Source of the DNA: Gemmatimonadota bacterium | Lineage (GTDB): Bacteria > Gemmatimonadota > Gemmatimonadetes > Palauibacterales > Palauibacteraceae | Reading direction: 5' to 3' | Assembly: GCA_965116475.1 (NCBI GenBank) | Contig: OZ220691.1 | Span: 1,728,001-1,792,000 of the forward strand | Length of the DNA stretch: 64,000 bases | Shown here: positions 30,052 to 40,022 of the stretch, in pieces | Layout of the letters: each line of letters starts with the position of its first letter | Numbering within the stretch: the first letter of the stretch is position 1 | The notes under the pieces: generated by a model | What the model was told of the DNA's origin: nothing | What the model saw: the letters and a program-made list of their open reading frames with translations, nothing else | Databases searched by the model: none | Position numbers and translations under genes: made by a program

Positions 30052-31026
30052 GTGGCTACCTATCTCGAAGCGATTCGACAGGCGATCCGTGAGGAGATGC
30101 GGGCAGACGCCGACGTCTTCATCATGGGCGAGGACATCGGCGCCTACGGCGGCGCCTTCAGGATTACGGAGGGACTGCTCGCGGAATTCGGGGAAGATCG
30201 CGTCATCGACACTCCCATCAGCGAGGCGGCGATCGCAGGCGCGGCGATCGGGGCGGCGCAGATGGGCCTGAAGCCCGTGTGCGAGATGCAGTTCATCGAC
30301 TTCATCGCGCCGGCCTTCAACGTGATCGTCAACTTCGCCGCCAAGGTCCGCTACCGGACGGGGGTGGGGGCCGGGCTGGTGATTCGCGGACCCTGCGGCG
30401 CGGGCGTGCGCGCGGGGCCCTTTCACTCGCAGAACGTCGAGTCGTATTTCGCCAACGTGCCCGGCCTCAAGCTGGTGGCCCCGGCCACGGTGAGGGACGC
30501 GAAGGGGCTGCTCAAGGCCGCGATTCGGGACCCGGACCCGGTCCTCTTCTTCGAGCACAAGTACCTGTATCGGAGACTTCGGGAAGAGCTTGAGGAGGGC
30601 GAGGAGTTTCTGACTCCCCTCGGGAAGGCCCGAACGCACCGCGGAGGAACGGACCTCACGCTGGTCACGTATGGGGCCATGGTCCATACTGCGCAGGAGG
30701 CGGCGGAGCAGGTGGCGGCCGAGGATGGCGCGGAAATTGAGATTATCGATCTGAGGACGCTGCAGCCGCTCGATGGCGCCGCGATCCTCGACAGCGTGAA
30801 GAAGACGGGGAGACTTCTCGTCCTGCATGAAGCGCCGCGGTTCGGCGGCTTCGGCGGCGAGGTGGCGGCGCTGGTTTGCGAGCGGGCGTTCGAGTGGCTT
30901 GACGCTCCGGTCCGGCGGGTGGCCGCACTCGACACGCCGGTGCCTTACGCGGCCGAGCTGGAGGAGGCGCATCTGCCCCAGGTAGCGGACATCGTCTCGA
31001 TGGCCCGCCTGCAACTGAGTTACTGA
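30052..31026 (+). CDS. 2-oxoacid dehydrogenase E1 beta subunit
   Basis: MGEDIG.YGG, DTPISE, EMQFIDF, FHSQ, FEHK.LY. Confidence 0.92.
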   Translation: MATYLEAIRQAIREEMRADADVFIMGEDIGAYGGAFRITEGLLAEFGEDRVIDTPISEAAIAGAAIGAAQMGLKPVCEMQFIDFIAPAFNVIVNFAAKVRYRTGVGAGLVIRGPCGAGVRAGPFHSQNVESYFANVPGLKLVAPATVRDAKGLLKAAIRDPDPVLFFEHKYLYRRLREELEEGEEFLTPLGKARTHRGGTDLTLVTYGAMVHTAQEAAEQVAAEDGAEIEIIDLRTLQPLDGAAILDSVKKTGRLLVLHEAPRFGGFGGEVAALVCERAFEWLDAPVRRVAALDTPVPYAAELEEAHLPQVADIVSMARLQLSY

Positions 31027-31060
31027 ACCCACGCGGCTGCAAGCCGGGGAAGAACAACAA

Positions 31061-32545
31061 ATGTCCAGAGTGGATGTCATCATGCCGCAGATGGGGGAAT
31101 CCATCGCGGAGGGGACGCTGACGCGCTGGCTCAAGAACGTCGGGGATGCGGTCGAGCGTGACGAGGATCTGTTCGAGATATCCACGGACAAGGTGGACGC
31201 GGACATTCCGTCGCCGGCGGCCGGGGTGCTGGCCGAAGTTCTCGTGCAGGACGGGGAGACGGTCGAGATCGACACGGTGGTGGCCCGCATTGAGACCGAT
31301 GCGACGGTCGCCGCACCCGCCGCACCTCCGGCGCCAGCGGCAGACCCGCCGGCGGACGCCGGGGCCGCGGCGCCCATGGCGTCGACTGCGGCGCCGGCTG
31401 CCGTCCCCGCCAGGCAGCCCGCGGCCGCCACGCCGGCGTCCCCGGGCCCGGCGGCGGACGGCTCGCCCGCCAGTCGGGGTGAGCGGCTAAGGGCCCGATC
31501 GACCCCGCTGGTGCGGAAGATCGCCGCGGAACACGGGGTCGACATCCACCAGGTGCCGGGGACGGGCACCTCCGGTCGCGTGACCCGGGATGACATTCTG
31601 GCGTTCATCTCGGCCGGCGCGCCGGCGACCGAGATGGCGCCCGCCCCCCCCGCGGCCCCCGCACCGGTGACGGCGCCTCCCGCGGTCCCGTCTCCGGTCC
31701 CGGCCTCCGATGTGAAGGCCCCGGAGCCCGCGCTCCCCGATGCGACGGAACCCGCGCCGGCGGCGCCCGGCACGCTTCGGATCCCGATCCACGGGGCTAC
31801 CCTCGATGTCCGGCTCGGCTCCGTGCCGATTCGCGAGCGCGACCGCGTCGAGGAGATGAGCAGAGTCCGCCTGCGGACGATGGAGCACATGCTCATGTCC
31901 AAGCGCGTTTCCGCGCACGTGACGTCGGTGACCGAAGTGGACTTCGAGCGGATCGTTCAACTCAGGCGCTCGCTCAAGTCGCGCTTCGCCGACCAGGGCG
32001 TGAAGCTCACCTACGGCCCCTTCATTTATCGCGCCGTAATCGAGGCCCTGGGCGAATACCCGATCCTCAACTCGTCCGTCGACGGATCGCGAATCGTGTA
32101 TCACGGCAACATCAATCTCGGGATCGCGGTGGCCATCAACGACGGACGCGAGCTCATTGTCCCCGTGCTCAAGGACGCGGATCAGCTCAGCCTGCTGGGA
32201 CTCGCCCAGCGTTCGAACGAACTCGCCGAGAAGGCGCGCGGCAGGGCGCTCGACTTCGACGACATTCAGGGCGGGACGTTCACGATCACGAACGTGGGGG
32301 TCTTCGGGAACCTTTTCGGAACCCCGATCATCAACCAGCCCCAGGTCGCCATCCTCGGAACGGGTGTCATCGAGAAGCGTCCCGTCGTCGTACAGGACGG
32401 GCTCGGCAACGACGTGATCGCGATCCGCCACCGGGCCTACTTCGGTCTTTCCTACGACCACCGCGTGGTTGACGGCGCGATGGCGGCGTTCTTCCTGAAC
32501 CGGGTCCAGGAATACCTCGAGGGCTTCCCGGAGGACTCCGCTTGA
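31061..32545 (+). CDS. 2-oxoacid dehydrogenase E2 dihydrolipoamide acyltransferase
   Basis: Lipoyl domain (STDKV), peripheral subunit-binding domain (STPLVRKIA), YDHRVVDG. Confidence 0.93.
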   Translation: MSRVDVIMPQMGESIAEGTLTRWLKNVGDAVERDEDLFEISTDKVDADIPSPAAGVLAEVLVQDGETVEIDTVVARIETDATVAAPAAPPAPAADPPADAGAAAPMASTAAPAAVPARQPAAATPASPGPAADGSPASRGERLRARSTPLVRKIAAEHGVDIHQVPGTGTSGRVTRDDILAFISAGAPATEMAPAPPAAPAPVTAPPAVPSPVPASDVKAPEPALPDATEPAPAAPGTLRIPIHGATLDVRLGSVPIRERDRVEEMSRVRLRTMEHMLMSKRVSAHVTSVTEVDFERIVQLRRSLKSRFADQGVKLTYGPFIYRAVIEALGEYPILNSSVDGSRIVYHGNINLGIAVAINDGRELIVPVLKDADQLSLLGLAQRSNELAEKARGRALDFDDIQGGTFTITNVGVFGNLFGTPIINQPQVAILGTGVIEKRPVVVQDGLGNDVIAIRHRAYFGLSYDHRVVDGAMAAFFLNRVQEYLEGFPEDSA

Positions 32546-32571
32546 CAGTCATCCTGACGGCCCGGTAGGCT
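32542..32571 (+). promoter_or_regulatory. Putative sigma70 promoter for sdh operon
   Basis: TTGACA-18 nt-TAGGCT, overlapping the E2 stop codon. Confidence 0.55.
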
Positions 32572-32616
32572 GGCCGCGTCACCCACCCCTACCCCACGAA
32601 GAGTCGACGAAAGACC

Positions 32617-33399
32617 ATGGAAAGCTCGGTCGCGGTTCGAGATCGCGGTTTCGGCAAGACCCTCCGCAGGGATCGCTGGTGGGTGCCGCCCCTGAGCGTA
32701 GCGCTGGGGCTCGGCCTCTTCGGAGGCTACGCCACCTGGGCGGTCCTGCAGGGCGGCAACTATTTCGCCGACCCCTACCTGTCTCCGCTGTACTCGCCGT
32801 GCATCGCCGCGAGCTGCCCGGAACAGATCCGCCTGTTCGGAATCGACTGGTGGCCGTTCTCTCCGGCCATACTGATGATGGGCGTGATCCTCGGGTTCCG
32901 CGGGACATGCTACTACTACCGGAAGGCGTACTACCGCGCCTATTTCCTCGACCCGCCCGCCTGTGCGGTGGGCGAGTTCCGCGGCGACAGGTATGCGGGC
33001 GAGACGCGGCTGCCATGGGTTCTCCAGAACCTTCACCGCTATTTCCTGTACGCCTCGATCATCATCTGGCTCTTCCTGACGTACGATACGATTCACGGGT
33101 TCTTCTTCGAGGACGGCTTCGGCGTCGGCGTCGGATCCATCGTCCTACTGATCAACCTCGTGCTGCTCTCCGGGTACTGGTTCGGCTGCCACTCGCTCCG
33201 GCACCTCATCGGCGGCGATGTCGATTGCTATTCCTGCGCGCTGGCGGGAAAGGCCCGCCACCGGGCGTGGAAGGGCGTGAGCTGGTTCAACAGGCGACAC
33301 ATGAGCTGGGCCTGGTTCAGCCTCGTCTTCGTGTGCATGACGGATCTGTACATCCGGCTGGTGGCGATGCGGGTGTTCGAGGATCCCCGACTCTTCTGA
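32617..33399 (+). CDS. Succinate dehydrogenase membrane anchor, actinobacterial Sdh1 (Rv0249c-like) type
   Basis: YLSPLYSPC, FRGTCYYYRKAYYR, QNLHRYF, GCHSLRH, HMSWAW.SL; first gene of the sdh operon. Confidence 0.85.
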   Translation: MESSVAVRDRGFGKTLRRDRWWVPPLSVALGLGLFGGYATWAVLQGGNYFADPYLSPLYSPCIAASCPEQIRLFGIDWWPFSPAILMMGVILGFRGTCYYYRKAYYRAYFLDPPACAVGEFRGDRYAGETRLPWVLQNLHRYFLYASIIIWLFLTYDTIHGFFFEDGFGVGVGSIVLLINLVLLSGYWFGCHSLRHLIGGDVDCYSCALAGKARHRAWKGVSWFNRRHMSWAWFSLVFVCMTDLYIRLVAMRVFEDPRLF

Positions 33400-33425
33400 A
33401 CCCAACGGAGCAGAGCGGACCTTCC

Positions 33426-35222
33426 ATGGAGATTTCAGAACGCCACGAGCATGACGTCCTCGTGATCGGAGCCGGAGGCGCCGGGCTGCGTGCGGCGATC
33501 GCGGCCATCGAGGCGGGCGCATCCGTGGGACTCGTCGGCAAGTCGCTGCTCGGCAAGGCGCACACGGTCATGGCCGAGGGCGGGATGGCGGCCGCGCTCG
33601 GCAACAACCGTCCCGAAGACAATTGGCGGGTCCATTTCCGCGATACGATGCGGGGCGGCAAGGGGTTGTGCGACTGGCGGATGGCCAGGGCGCACGCCGC
33701 GGAGGCTCCGGATCGCGTGAGAGAGCTCGAGGCCTGGGGCGCCCTCTTCGACCGGGCGGACGACGGACGCATGAACCAGCGTCCGTTCGGGGGGCACACC
33801 TACGGAAGGCTGGCGCACGTCGGCGACCGGACGGGCCTGGAGATGATCCGGACGCTTCAGGATCATGCCGTGCATGAAGGCGCCGACGTCTTCATGGAGT
33901 GCACGGTGTTCCGGCTGATCCTCGTGGACGGCCGAGTGGCCGGAGCACTCGCGTATTGGCGCCCGACGGGGGAGTTCGTGCTCTTCCGCGCCCGGACGGT
34001 CATTCTCGCCACGGGGGGATTGGGCAAGGCCTGGAAGGTGACCTCCAATTCCTGGGAGTGCACGGGCGACGGGGTGGCGCTCGCCTACGAAGCGGGGGCC
34101 GAACTCATGGGGATGGAGTTCGTTCAGTTTCACCCCACTGGCATGGTGTGGCCGCCCAGCGTGCGCGGCACCCTCGTCACGGAAGGCGTCCGGGGCGAGG
34201 GAGGGGTGCTCACGAACGGGGACGGCGAGCGCTTCATGTTCCGGTACGTTCCCGAGATGTTCGAGGGGGATTACGCGGAGAGCGAGGAGGAAGCCGACCG
34301 GTGGGTGGAAGGCGACCGCACGGCAAACCGCCGGCCGCCGGAGCTGCTCACCCGGGACGTCGTGGCGAAGGCGATCGTCGCGGAGGTGGAGGCCGGGCGC
34401 GGAAGCCCCCACGGCGGCGTCTTCCTCAATATCTCGGAGAAGCGGAGCCCCGAGTACATAAAGGCCAAGCTCCCGAGCATGTATCACCAGTTCAAGGAAC
34501 TCGCGGGGGTCGACATCACGACCGACGCGATGGAGGTCGGGCCGACGACCCACTACGCCATGGGGGGGGTGAAGGTACACCCGGAGACGGCGGCGACCTG
34601 CGTTCCCGGACTGTACGCGGCGGGCGAAGTGGCCGCGGGCCTCCACGGCGGCAATCGACTCGGCGGCAACTCGCTCTCCGACCTTGTCGTGTTCGGTCAG
34701 CGCGCCGGCGCCGCCGCGGCCGAAGAAGCGAGAGGCGTATCCCTCGCCGAAATTCCGGCATCCGAACTGTCGTCGGCCGTCGCCGGCGCGACGGCGCCCT
34801 TCGCGCGCGAGGGTGGACGCAATCCCTTCGGCCTGCAGGAAGAGTTGCAGCAGATCATGCAGGACAAGGTCGGCATCGCCCGTACGGAGGAGGCGCTGCG
34901 CGGGGCCCTCGAGGACGTGCACCGGCTGCGTGCGGCGCTCGAAAGCTGCTCGGTCCACGGTGGGCGGGCTTTCAACCCCGGTTGGCACACCTGGCTCGAC
35001 CTCTACGCCATGCTCACGGTGTCCGAGGCGGTCATCCTCTCGGCGCTCGAGCGCCGGGAGAGCCGCGGTGCGCATACCAGGATCGACTATCCGGACTCCG
35101 ACGCCTCGCTCGGACGGGTCAACATTGTCATCCGATCCTCCGACGGACGGATGGTGACCGACACCGAACCGGTGTCGGAACCGCCGGCCGAACTGAGGCA
35201 GCTCATCGAGGAAGGGGTGTAG
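33426..35222 (+). CDS. sdhA: Succinate dehydrogenase/fumarate reductase flavoprotein
   Basis: GAGGAG, KAHTVMAEGG (FAD His), QFHPTG, THYAMGG, HGGNRLGGNSL, RRESRGAH. Confidence 0.93.
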   Translation: MEISERHEHDVLVIGAGGAGLRAAIAAIEAGASVGLVGKSLLGKAHTVMAEGGMAAALGNNRPEDNWRVHFRDTMRGGKGLCDWRMARAHAAEAPDRVRELEAWGALFDRADDGRMNQRPFGGHTYGRLAHVGDRTGLEMIRTLQDHAVHEGADVFMECTVFRLILVDGRVAGALAYWRPTGEFVLFRARTVILATGGLGKAWKVTSNSWECTGDGVALAYEAGAELMGMEFVQFHPTGMVWPPSVRGTLVTEGVRGEGGVLTNGDGERFMFRYVPEMFEGDYAESEEEADRWVEGDRTANRRPPELLTRDVVAKAIVAEVEAGRGSPHGGVFLNISEKRSPEYIKAKLPSMYHQFKELAGVDITTDAMEVGPTTHYAMGGVKVHPETAATCVPGLYAAGEVAAGLHGGNRLGGNSLSDLVVFGQRAGAAAAEEARGVSLAEIPASELSSAVAGATAPFAREGGRNPFGLQEELQQIMQDKVGIARTEEALRGALEDVHRLRAALESCSVHGGRAFNPGWHTWLDLYAMLTVSEAVILSALERRESRGAHTRIDYPDSDASLGRVNIVIRSSDGRMVTDTEPVSEPPAELRQLIEEGV

Positions 35223-35226
35223 CGAG

Positions 35227-35976
35227 GTGGCGGAACGAACTTTCCAGGTCTACCGCGGATCCGACGACGACGGACGCCTCGAATCCTATACGATCGAGGT
35301 CGATCAGGGCATGGTCGTGCTGGACGCGATCCACCGCATCCAGGCGGAGCACGCACCGGACCTCGCGGTGCGCTGGAATTGCAAGGCAGGCAAATGTGGA
35401 TCCTGCAGTTGCGAGGTCAACGGGCGGCCTCGCCTGACGTGCATGACGCGACTCTCCGATTACGAGGACGGCGAATCGATCACGGTCACGCCGATGAAGG
35501 CCTTTCCCGTCATCAAGGATCTCGTCGCCGACGTCTCGCAGGCATACCGAAACAACGCCTCGATCCCGCGTTTCCGGCCGCGTCCCCGCGACGCGGAGGA
35601 CGGCTGGCGGATGAAGCAGTTCGAGATCGAGAGGGCGCAGGAAATGAGGAAGTGCATCGAGTGCTTCCTCTGCCAGGATGTATGTCACGTCCTCCGGTCA
35701 CACCGGAAGCACGCGGAGTTCATCGGCCCCACGTACCTCGTGAGAACGGCCGGATACAGTCTGAACCCGATCGACGTGGAGGACCGGAGCGCGTTTCTCA
35801 AGGAGGCGGGGGGCATCGGGTTCTGCAACATCACGAAGTGCTGCACGGAGGTCTGCCCCGAGAGCATCTCCATCACGGACAACGCCATCATCCCCCTGAA
35901 GGAACGGGTCGTCGACCGCTTCTACGACCCCTTGAAGGCGCTCGTGCGACTCGTGCGGAGACGCCCGTCGCCCTAG
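35227..35976 (+). CDS. sdhB: Succinate dehydrogenase iron-sulfur subunit
   Basis: CKAGKCGSC, CIECFLCQDVC, CNITKCCTEVCP. Confidence 0.93.
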   Translation: MAERTFQVYRGSDDDGRLESYTIEVDQGMVVLDAIHRIQAEHAPDLAVRWNCKAGKCGSCSCEVNGRPRLTCMTRLSDYEDGESITVTPMKAFPVIKDLVADVSQAYRNNASIPRFRPRPRDAEDGWRMKQFEIERAQEMRKCIECFLCQDVCHVLRSHRKHAEFIGPTYLVRTAGYSLNPIDVEDRSAFLKEAGGIGFCNITKCCTEVCPESISITDNAIIPLKERVVDRFYDPLKALVRLVRRRPSP

Positions 35977-36002
35977 CAGCGACACTACACTGGCCGGTAC
36001 AA

Positions 36003-36464
36003 CTAGCCGGCGTCCTCGACGTTCAACACGTGCATCTCGGCAATCCGGCGGAGCCCGGAGCCTGACGTCAGGTACACCTCCGCGCCCGAGACGAGCGCCG
36101 TCGCAATCTGCAGGGCCCGTTCCGGCCGACCTCCGAGCTTGGCTCGTACCTCGGCGGCCTGAATGGCGATTTCGGGGCTGGCCGACACGATGCCCAGGCG
36201 AGGGTAGAGCCGCAGGTGACGCGCCACGTTGCGAGCCAATGCCGGCTTGCCCTGCCGGTACACCTCCACGAGAACCTGGTACAGCGTCAGGCTCGACGTC
36301 TGGGCCTTGATTCTGCCGCCCGCGATGCCCGAGAAGACGATGTCCGTTCGTCTCGTCGCGCCCGTGCCGGTCAGGTGAAGTGCGAAGACACGAGCGTCGA
36401 CGTGGACGAGACCGGCCCGGACCAGACGCTCTTCGAGGCCTGCATGGCTCGCGTCCTCCGCCAT
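36003..36464 (-). CDS. PIN-domain (VapC-like) protein with degenerate active site
   Basis: VHVD, TSSLTL, AAEVRA, ALQIATAL, YLT PIN pattern; directly downstream of an AbrB-like gene. Confidence 0.75.
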   Translation of the reverse strand: MAEDASHAGLEERLVRAGLVHVDARVFALHLTGTGATRRTDIVFSGIAGGRIKAQTSSLTLYQVLVEVYRQGKPALARNVARHLRLYPRLGIVSASPEIAIQAAEVRAKLGGRPERALQIATALVSGAEVYLTSGSGLRRIAEMHVLNVEDAG

Positions 36465-36686
36465 TCAGGCGTCCTCGAGTTCGATCCAGAGATCCCCGCC
36501 GTCGATGACATCCCGTAGCGCGCCCCGGAGGCGGTCTTCCTGGTCCGGCGGCAGCTTCTCCATTCTGACGGTGTCGCCGTCCACCGACACTGCGAGCCGG
36601 TCGCCGGGCCTGAGGCCGAGCGCCTCACGTGCGGCTTTCGGCACCACGATCTGGTTCTTGCTGCTCATCTTTACGGAAACGACCAT
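36465..36686 (-). CDS. AbrB/MazE/SpoVT-family DNA-binding protein (VapB-like antitoxin)
   Basis: SSKNQIVVPKAAREALGLRPGD. Confidence 0.88.
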   Translation of the reverse strand: MVVSVKMSSKNQIVVPKAAREALGLRPGDRLAVSVDGDTVRMEKLPPDQEDRLRGALRDVIDGGDLWIELEDA

Positions 36687-36779
36687 GCTGCCAACCGTAA
36701 CGCTTTACGATGCCGCTTGGCAACGAGACCGTACAAAGCAAGTAGGGGGGTAGGGCGCGGATCGGGTCGCACGACCCCG

Positions 36780-37766
36780 TCAGTTGAACAGCCAGACCAT
36801 CACGATGTAGGCGAGGTAGAGGAGCAGTAGCAACCCGCCCTCGGCCCTCTGCACCGTGCCGCGGTGCAGGGCGAGAGGGATGAGGATGACGGAAAAAGCC
36901 AGGGCTGGAAGCACATAGCCGACGACGATGGTCGGATGGAGTACGAGCGGTCGAACGAGCGCGGCGGTCCCGAGCACGAGGCCGAGATTGAACACGTTCG
37001 AGCCGATCACGTTTCCGATCGCGATGTCTCCCATGCGCCGGAAGGCGGCCACCAGGGTAGAGGCCAATTCCGGCAGTGAAGTGCCGACCGCGATCATCGT
37101 GGCGGCGATCACCGCCTCCGGAACGGCCAGCGACCGGGCGATCCCCTCTGCGCCCTCCAACAGCCAACTCGCCCCGTACGTAAGGCAAGGCAGGCCGAGG
37201 CCGATCCGCACGAGCGACCACCAGACTCCCGGTGCTTCGGTATCGGTCTCCGGCGGATCGGTTCCGGCCACCGGCGGGGGCGGGTCCGGATCGGGCGCGC
37301 GATCCGGCTTCCCGAACAGGCCTACCTGTTCCCACCTCAGGAGAAAGAACAGGTAGAGTGCCCAGCCGGAGACGAGCACGACCCCGTCGAGGCGTCCGAC
37401 GGCATCGTTCAGTGACAGCACCATCACGAGAGAGAGCACGATGATGACGAGCGGTGTCTCGCGCACGATGACCCGCCGGTGCACCTCGATCGGTCGAATC
37501 AGGGCGCCGATGCCCACGATCAAGCCCACGTTCGCGGCCGTGGAACCCATGATGTTGCCGACGGCCACGTCCGGCTGGCCCTCCAGCGACGCAAGTGCGC
37601 TCACGACCAGTTCCGGGGCCGAGGTGCCGAAAGCGACCACGGTCAGGCCGACGACGAGCGGGCTGACGCCGAATCGCTGCGCGAGGCCGGCGGCGCCGCG
37701 AACGAGCCAGTCCGCGCCGAGCGTCAGGGGCAGGAACGCGAAGGCGAAGAGGAGGGTGTTCCTCAT
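36780..37766 (-). CDS. Calcium/sodium antiporter (YrbG family)
   Basis: Two alpha repeats, GTSAPEL and GTSLPEL, with GN..GS motifs. Confidence 0.93.
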   Translation of the reverse strand: MRNTLLFAFAFLPLTLGADWLVRGAAGLAQRFGVSPLVVGLTVVAFGTSAPELVVSALASLEGQPDVAVGNIMGSTAANVGLIVGIGALIRPIEVHRRVIVRETPLVIIVLSLVMVLSLNDAVGRLDGVVLVSGWALYLFFLLRWEQVGLFGKPDRAPDPDPPPPVAGTDPPETDTEAPGVWWSLVRIGLGLPCLTYGASWLLEGAEGIARSLAVPEAVIAATMIAVGTSLPELASTLVAAFRRMGDIAIGNVIGSNVFNLGLVLGTAALVRPLVLHPTIVVGYVLPALAFSVILIPLALHRGTVQRAEGGLLLLLYLAYIVMVWLFN

Positions 37767-37849
37767 CCGCGGTTACGGCGTTCCGTCAAGCGGATCGCGC
37801 GGCGCGACCCCCGCTGCGGCCGGGAAGCCGGAGGGGGGGAGGCCTCGCT

Positions 37850-38302
37850 TCAGCTCGGCCCGGCCGCGCGCTGAGACTTCTGCGGCTGAATCGAGGGGGA
37901 CGTGCCCTTGCGGGTAGAAACGGTCGACTTTTCGTCCGCTGCCTTTGCCGTCATGTGGAGACGACCCTCGATCTGGCCGCCTTCGTCGAGTTTTACCCGG
38001 CGGCTCCGAATGTCGCCCTCGATCTTGCAGGTTTCCTGCAGTTCCACGCGACTGGCTCCCGAGACGGTCCCCACCACGGTGCCGGCGACCACGACATCCT
38101 GCGTCTCGATATCCCCGGTAATACGTCCATCCTTGCCAACCACAACGGATTTCGTCGCCTTGACCGAGCCTTCGATCTTGCCTTCGACCCGGACCGTGCC
38201 ATCGCACATTACGTCCCCGAGGATCGTCATTCCGGGCGCGACGACCGAGACCACGTCGCTGAGCTCACGGGTGTGCCCGCCATGTCGAGAATCTCTAGCC
38301 AT
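37850..38302 (-). CDS. Bactofilin (polymer-forming cytoskeletal protein)
   Basis: Beta-helix repeats GDV..DG.VRVEGKIEG, GRITGDI, VAG.V.G.V, IEGDI. Confidence 0.9.
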   Translation of the reverse strand: MARDSRHGGHTRELSDVVSVVAPGMTILGDVMCDGTVRVEGKIEGSVKATKSVVVGKDGRITGDIETQDVVVAGTVVGTVSGASRVELQETCKIEGDIRSRRVKLDEGGQIEGRLHMTAKAADEKSTVSTRKGTSPSIQPQKSQRAAGPS

Positions 38303-38315
38303 TTCGCTCCATTCC

Positions 38316-39128
38316 TTACTCCGGTTGCCTCTCCGCCGGGGCTCCCGTGTTGTCCCGACCGCTTTGGTCCGCCACCAGCGAGAGTGGGTCCAATAGTGCG
38401 CCGTTCCGAGCCAGTTCCAGGTGCAGATGGGGGGCCGAGGATCTTCCCGTGTTTCCCGTGAGGGCGATGACCTCGAGCCGCTCGACCACATCGCCGGGCT
38501 CGGCAAACAGCCAGGCGTTGTGACCATACAATGACGTTAGCCCGTCGGCGTGCGCAATCCGCAGAAACTTTCCATAGATCGGGTCTTCGCCCGCCTCCTC
38601 GACCCTTCCCGCTTGAATCGCCCGCACGTACGACCCCGTCGGCACGGCGATGTCCAATCCCGGGTGTCCCTCGCGTGAATCGGCCGGCCGTGAACCGTAG
38701 TGACGGGTGATGAAGCCGCGCTGCGTGAGAGGCCAGGCGGGGGTCGTCGCCTCCGCCGAGGTGGCCGAACTGACCTCCACGCCTCCCCTGAGGACGACGT
38801 TCACCGGCGGGGATTCCTCAGGCCGCCCGGCCGTTACCGCAGCCTGAAGGAAACCGAACTCTTCCTCGAGTTCGTACAAGCGGCCCGCCAAGTGGTTCAT
38901 CCTCTCGCGCTCGCTTTCGAGCGTCGCGAGTTCCGCCTCCAGTTCGAGCACGCGATTGGACTCGGTCCGCCAGGCCGTCAGCAGGCCTCCCAGAAACCCC
39001 AGGCCGAACAGGCCGATGATCGTGCCCGCCACCGCGAGAAGCAGCCGTGCGCGGCCGAGCGGCAGCGATCGTACCTGTCGGCCATCCCGGCTGACCAACT
39101 GCAGCGTCCATCGCCGGAGGAACGTCAT
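38316..39128 (-). CDS. M23 family metallopeptidase with TM anchor and coiled coil
   Basis: HPGLDI, YGH, GNTGRSSAPHLH. Confidence 0.92.
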   Translation of the reverse strand: MTFLRRWTLQLVSRDGRQVRSLPLGRARLLLAVAGTIIGLFGLGFLGGLLTAWRTESNRVLELEAELATLESERERMNHLAGRLYELEEEFGFLQAAVTAGRPEESPPVNVVLRGGVEVSSATSAEATTPAWPLTQRGFITRHYGSRPADSREGHPGLDIAVPTGSYVRAIQAGRVEEAGEDPIYGKFLRIAHADGLTSLYGHNAWLFAEPGDVVERLEVIALTGNTGRSSAPHLHLELARNGALLDPLSLVADQSGRDNTGAPAERQPE

Positions 39129-40021
39129 TCGCGAAGCTCCGCAGCGAGTTCGGCCCCTCCCATCAGGGCAACGAGCCGCAGAAAATCATCCGTATCATGG
39201 AAACGCACGACGACCTCGCCGGCGCCATCCGACCGCGTCCGGATCCGTACCTGGGTTCCAAATCCTCGCTCGAGCCCCAGTTCGGCTCGCCTCACCACGG
39301 GATCGCCCGTCCCTGCCGACGTCTTCCCCCGCGTCGTCTGCCGCCCCGGTTTTGCCGAGCGGTCCCGGCGGACACGACGTTCCGTCTCCCTGACGGACCA
39401 CTCCTGTTCCGCCGCTTCCAGCGCGACGCGGGTCTGCTCCTCGGGTGTGGACAGCGCCAGCAGCGCGCGACCGTGGCCCGCGGACAGCTCTCCCCTGGCG
39501 AGCAAACCCAGCACCGGCTCCGGCAGGGCGAGCAGTCGCAGAGCGTTCGCCACGGTTGACCTGTCCCGCCCCACGTGCCGTCCTACCTGCTCCTGCGTCA
39601 GACCGAAGTCCCGCATCAGTCTACGGTATCCCCGAGCTTCGTCAAGTGCTGACAGGTCATGACGTTGCAGGTTTTCAACCAGCGCGACGACAAGCATCTG
39701 CTCGTCGTCCAGGGTCCGCACGAGAGCCGGAACCGATGTCCAGCCCAGACTCTGAATCGCCCGGAACCGCCGCTCACCCACGACGATCTCGAACGCCTCT
39801 CCCACGGGCCTGACGACGACAGGTTGGAGCAAGCCGTTCTCGCGGATGGAATCCGCGAGTTCCTTGAGGCGGGTCGGATCGAAGTCGGCACGAGGCTGGA
39901 ACGGATTCGCCCGGACGGCGTCGACCGGGATTTCCGCTTCCGCCGCCCCACGTTCCGTTCCGAGGTTCTCGCCCAGCAGAGCCGCGAGCCCCTTCCCGAG
40001 ACGACGGTCGTTCCGCGGCAA
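39125..40021 (-). CDS. parB: Chromosome partitioning protein ParB
   Basis: LGKGLAAL, NPFQPR, GERRFRA, ENLQR, HTH RSTVANALRLL. Confidence 0.95.
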   Translation of the reverse strand: MPRNDRRLGKGLAALLGENLGTERGAAEAEIPVDAVRANPFQPRADFDPTRLKELADSIRENGLLQPVVVRPVGEAFEIVVGERRFRAIQSLGWTSVPALVRTLDDEQMLVVALVENLQRHDLSALDEARGYRRLMRDFGLTQEQVGRHVGRDRSTVANALRLLALPEPVLGLLARGELSAGHGRALLALSTPEEQTRVALEAAEQEWSVRETERRVRRDRSAKPGRQTTRGKTSAGTGDPVVRRAELGLERGFGTQVRIRTRSDGAGEVVVRFHDTDDFLRLVALMGGAELAAELRE

Positions 40022-40022
40022 C

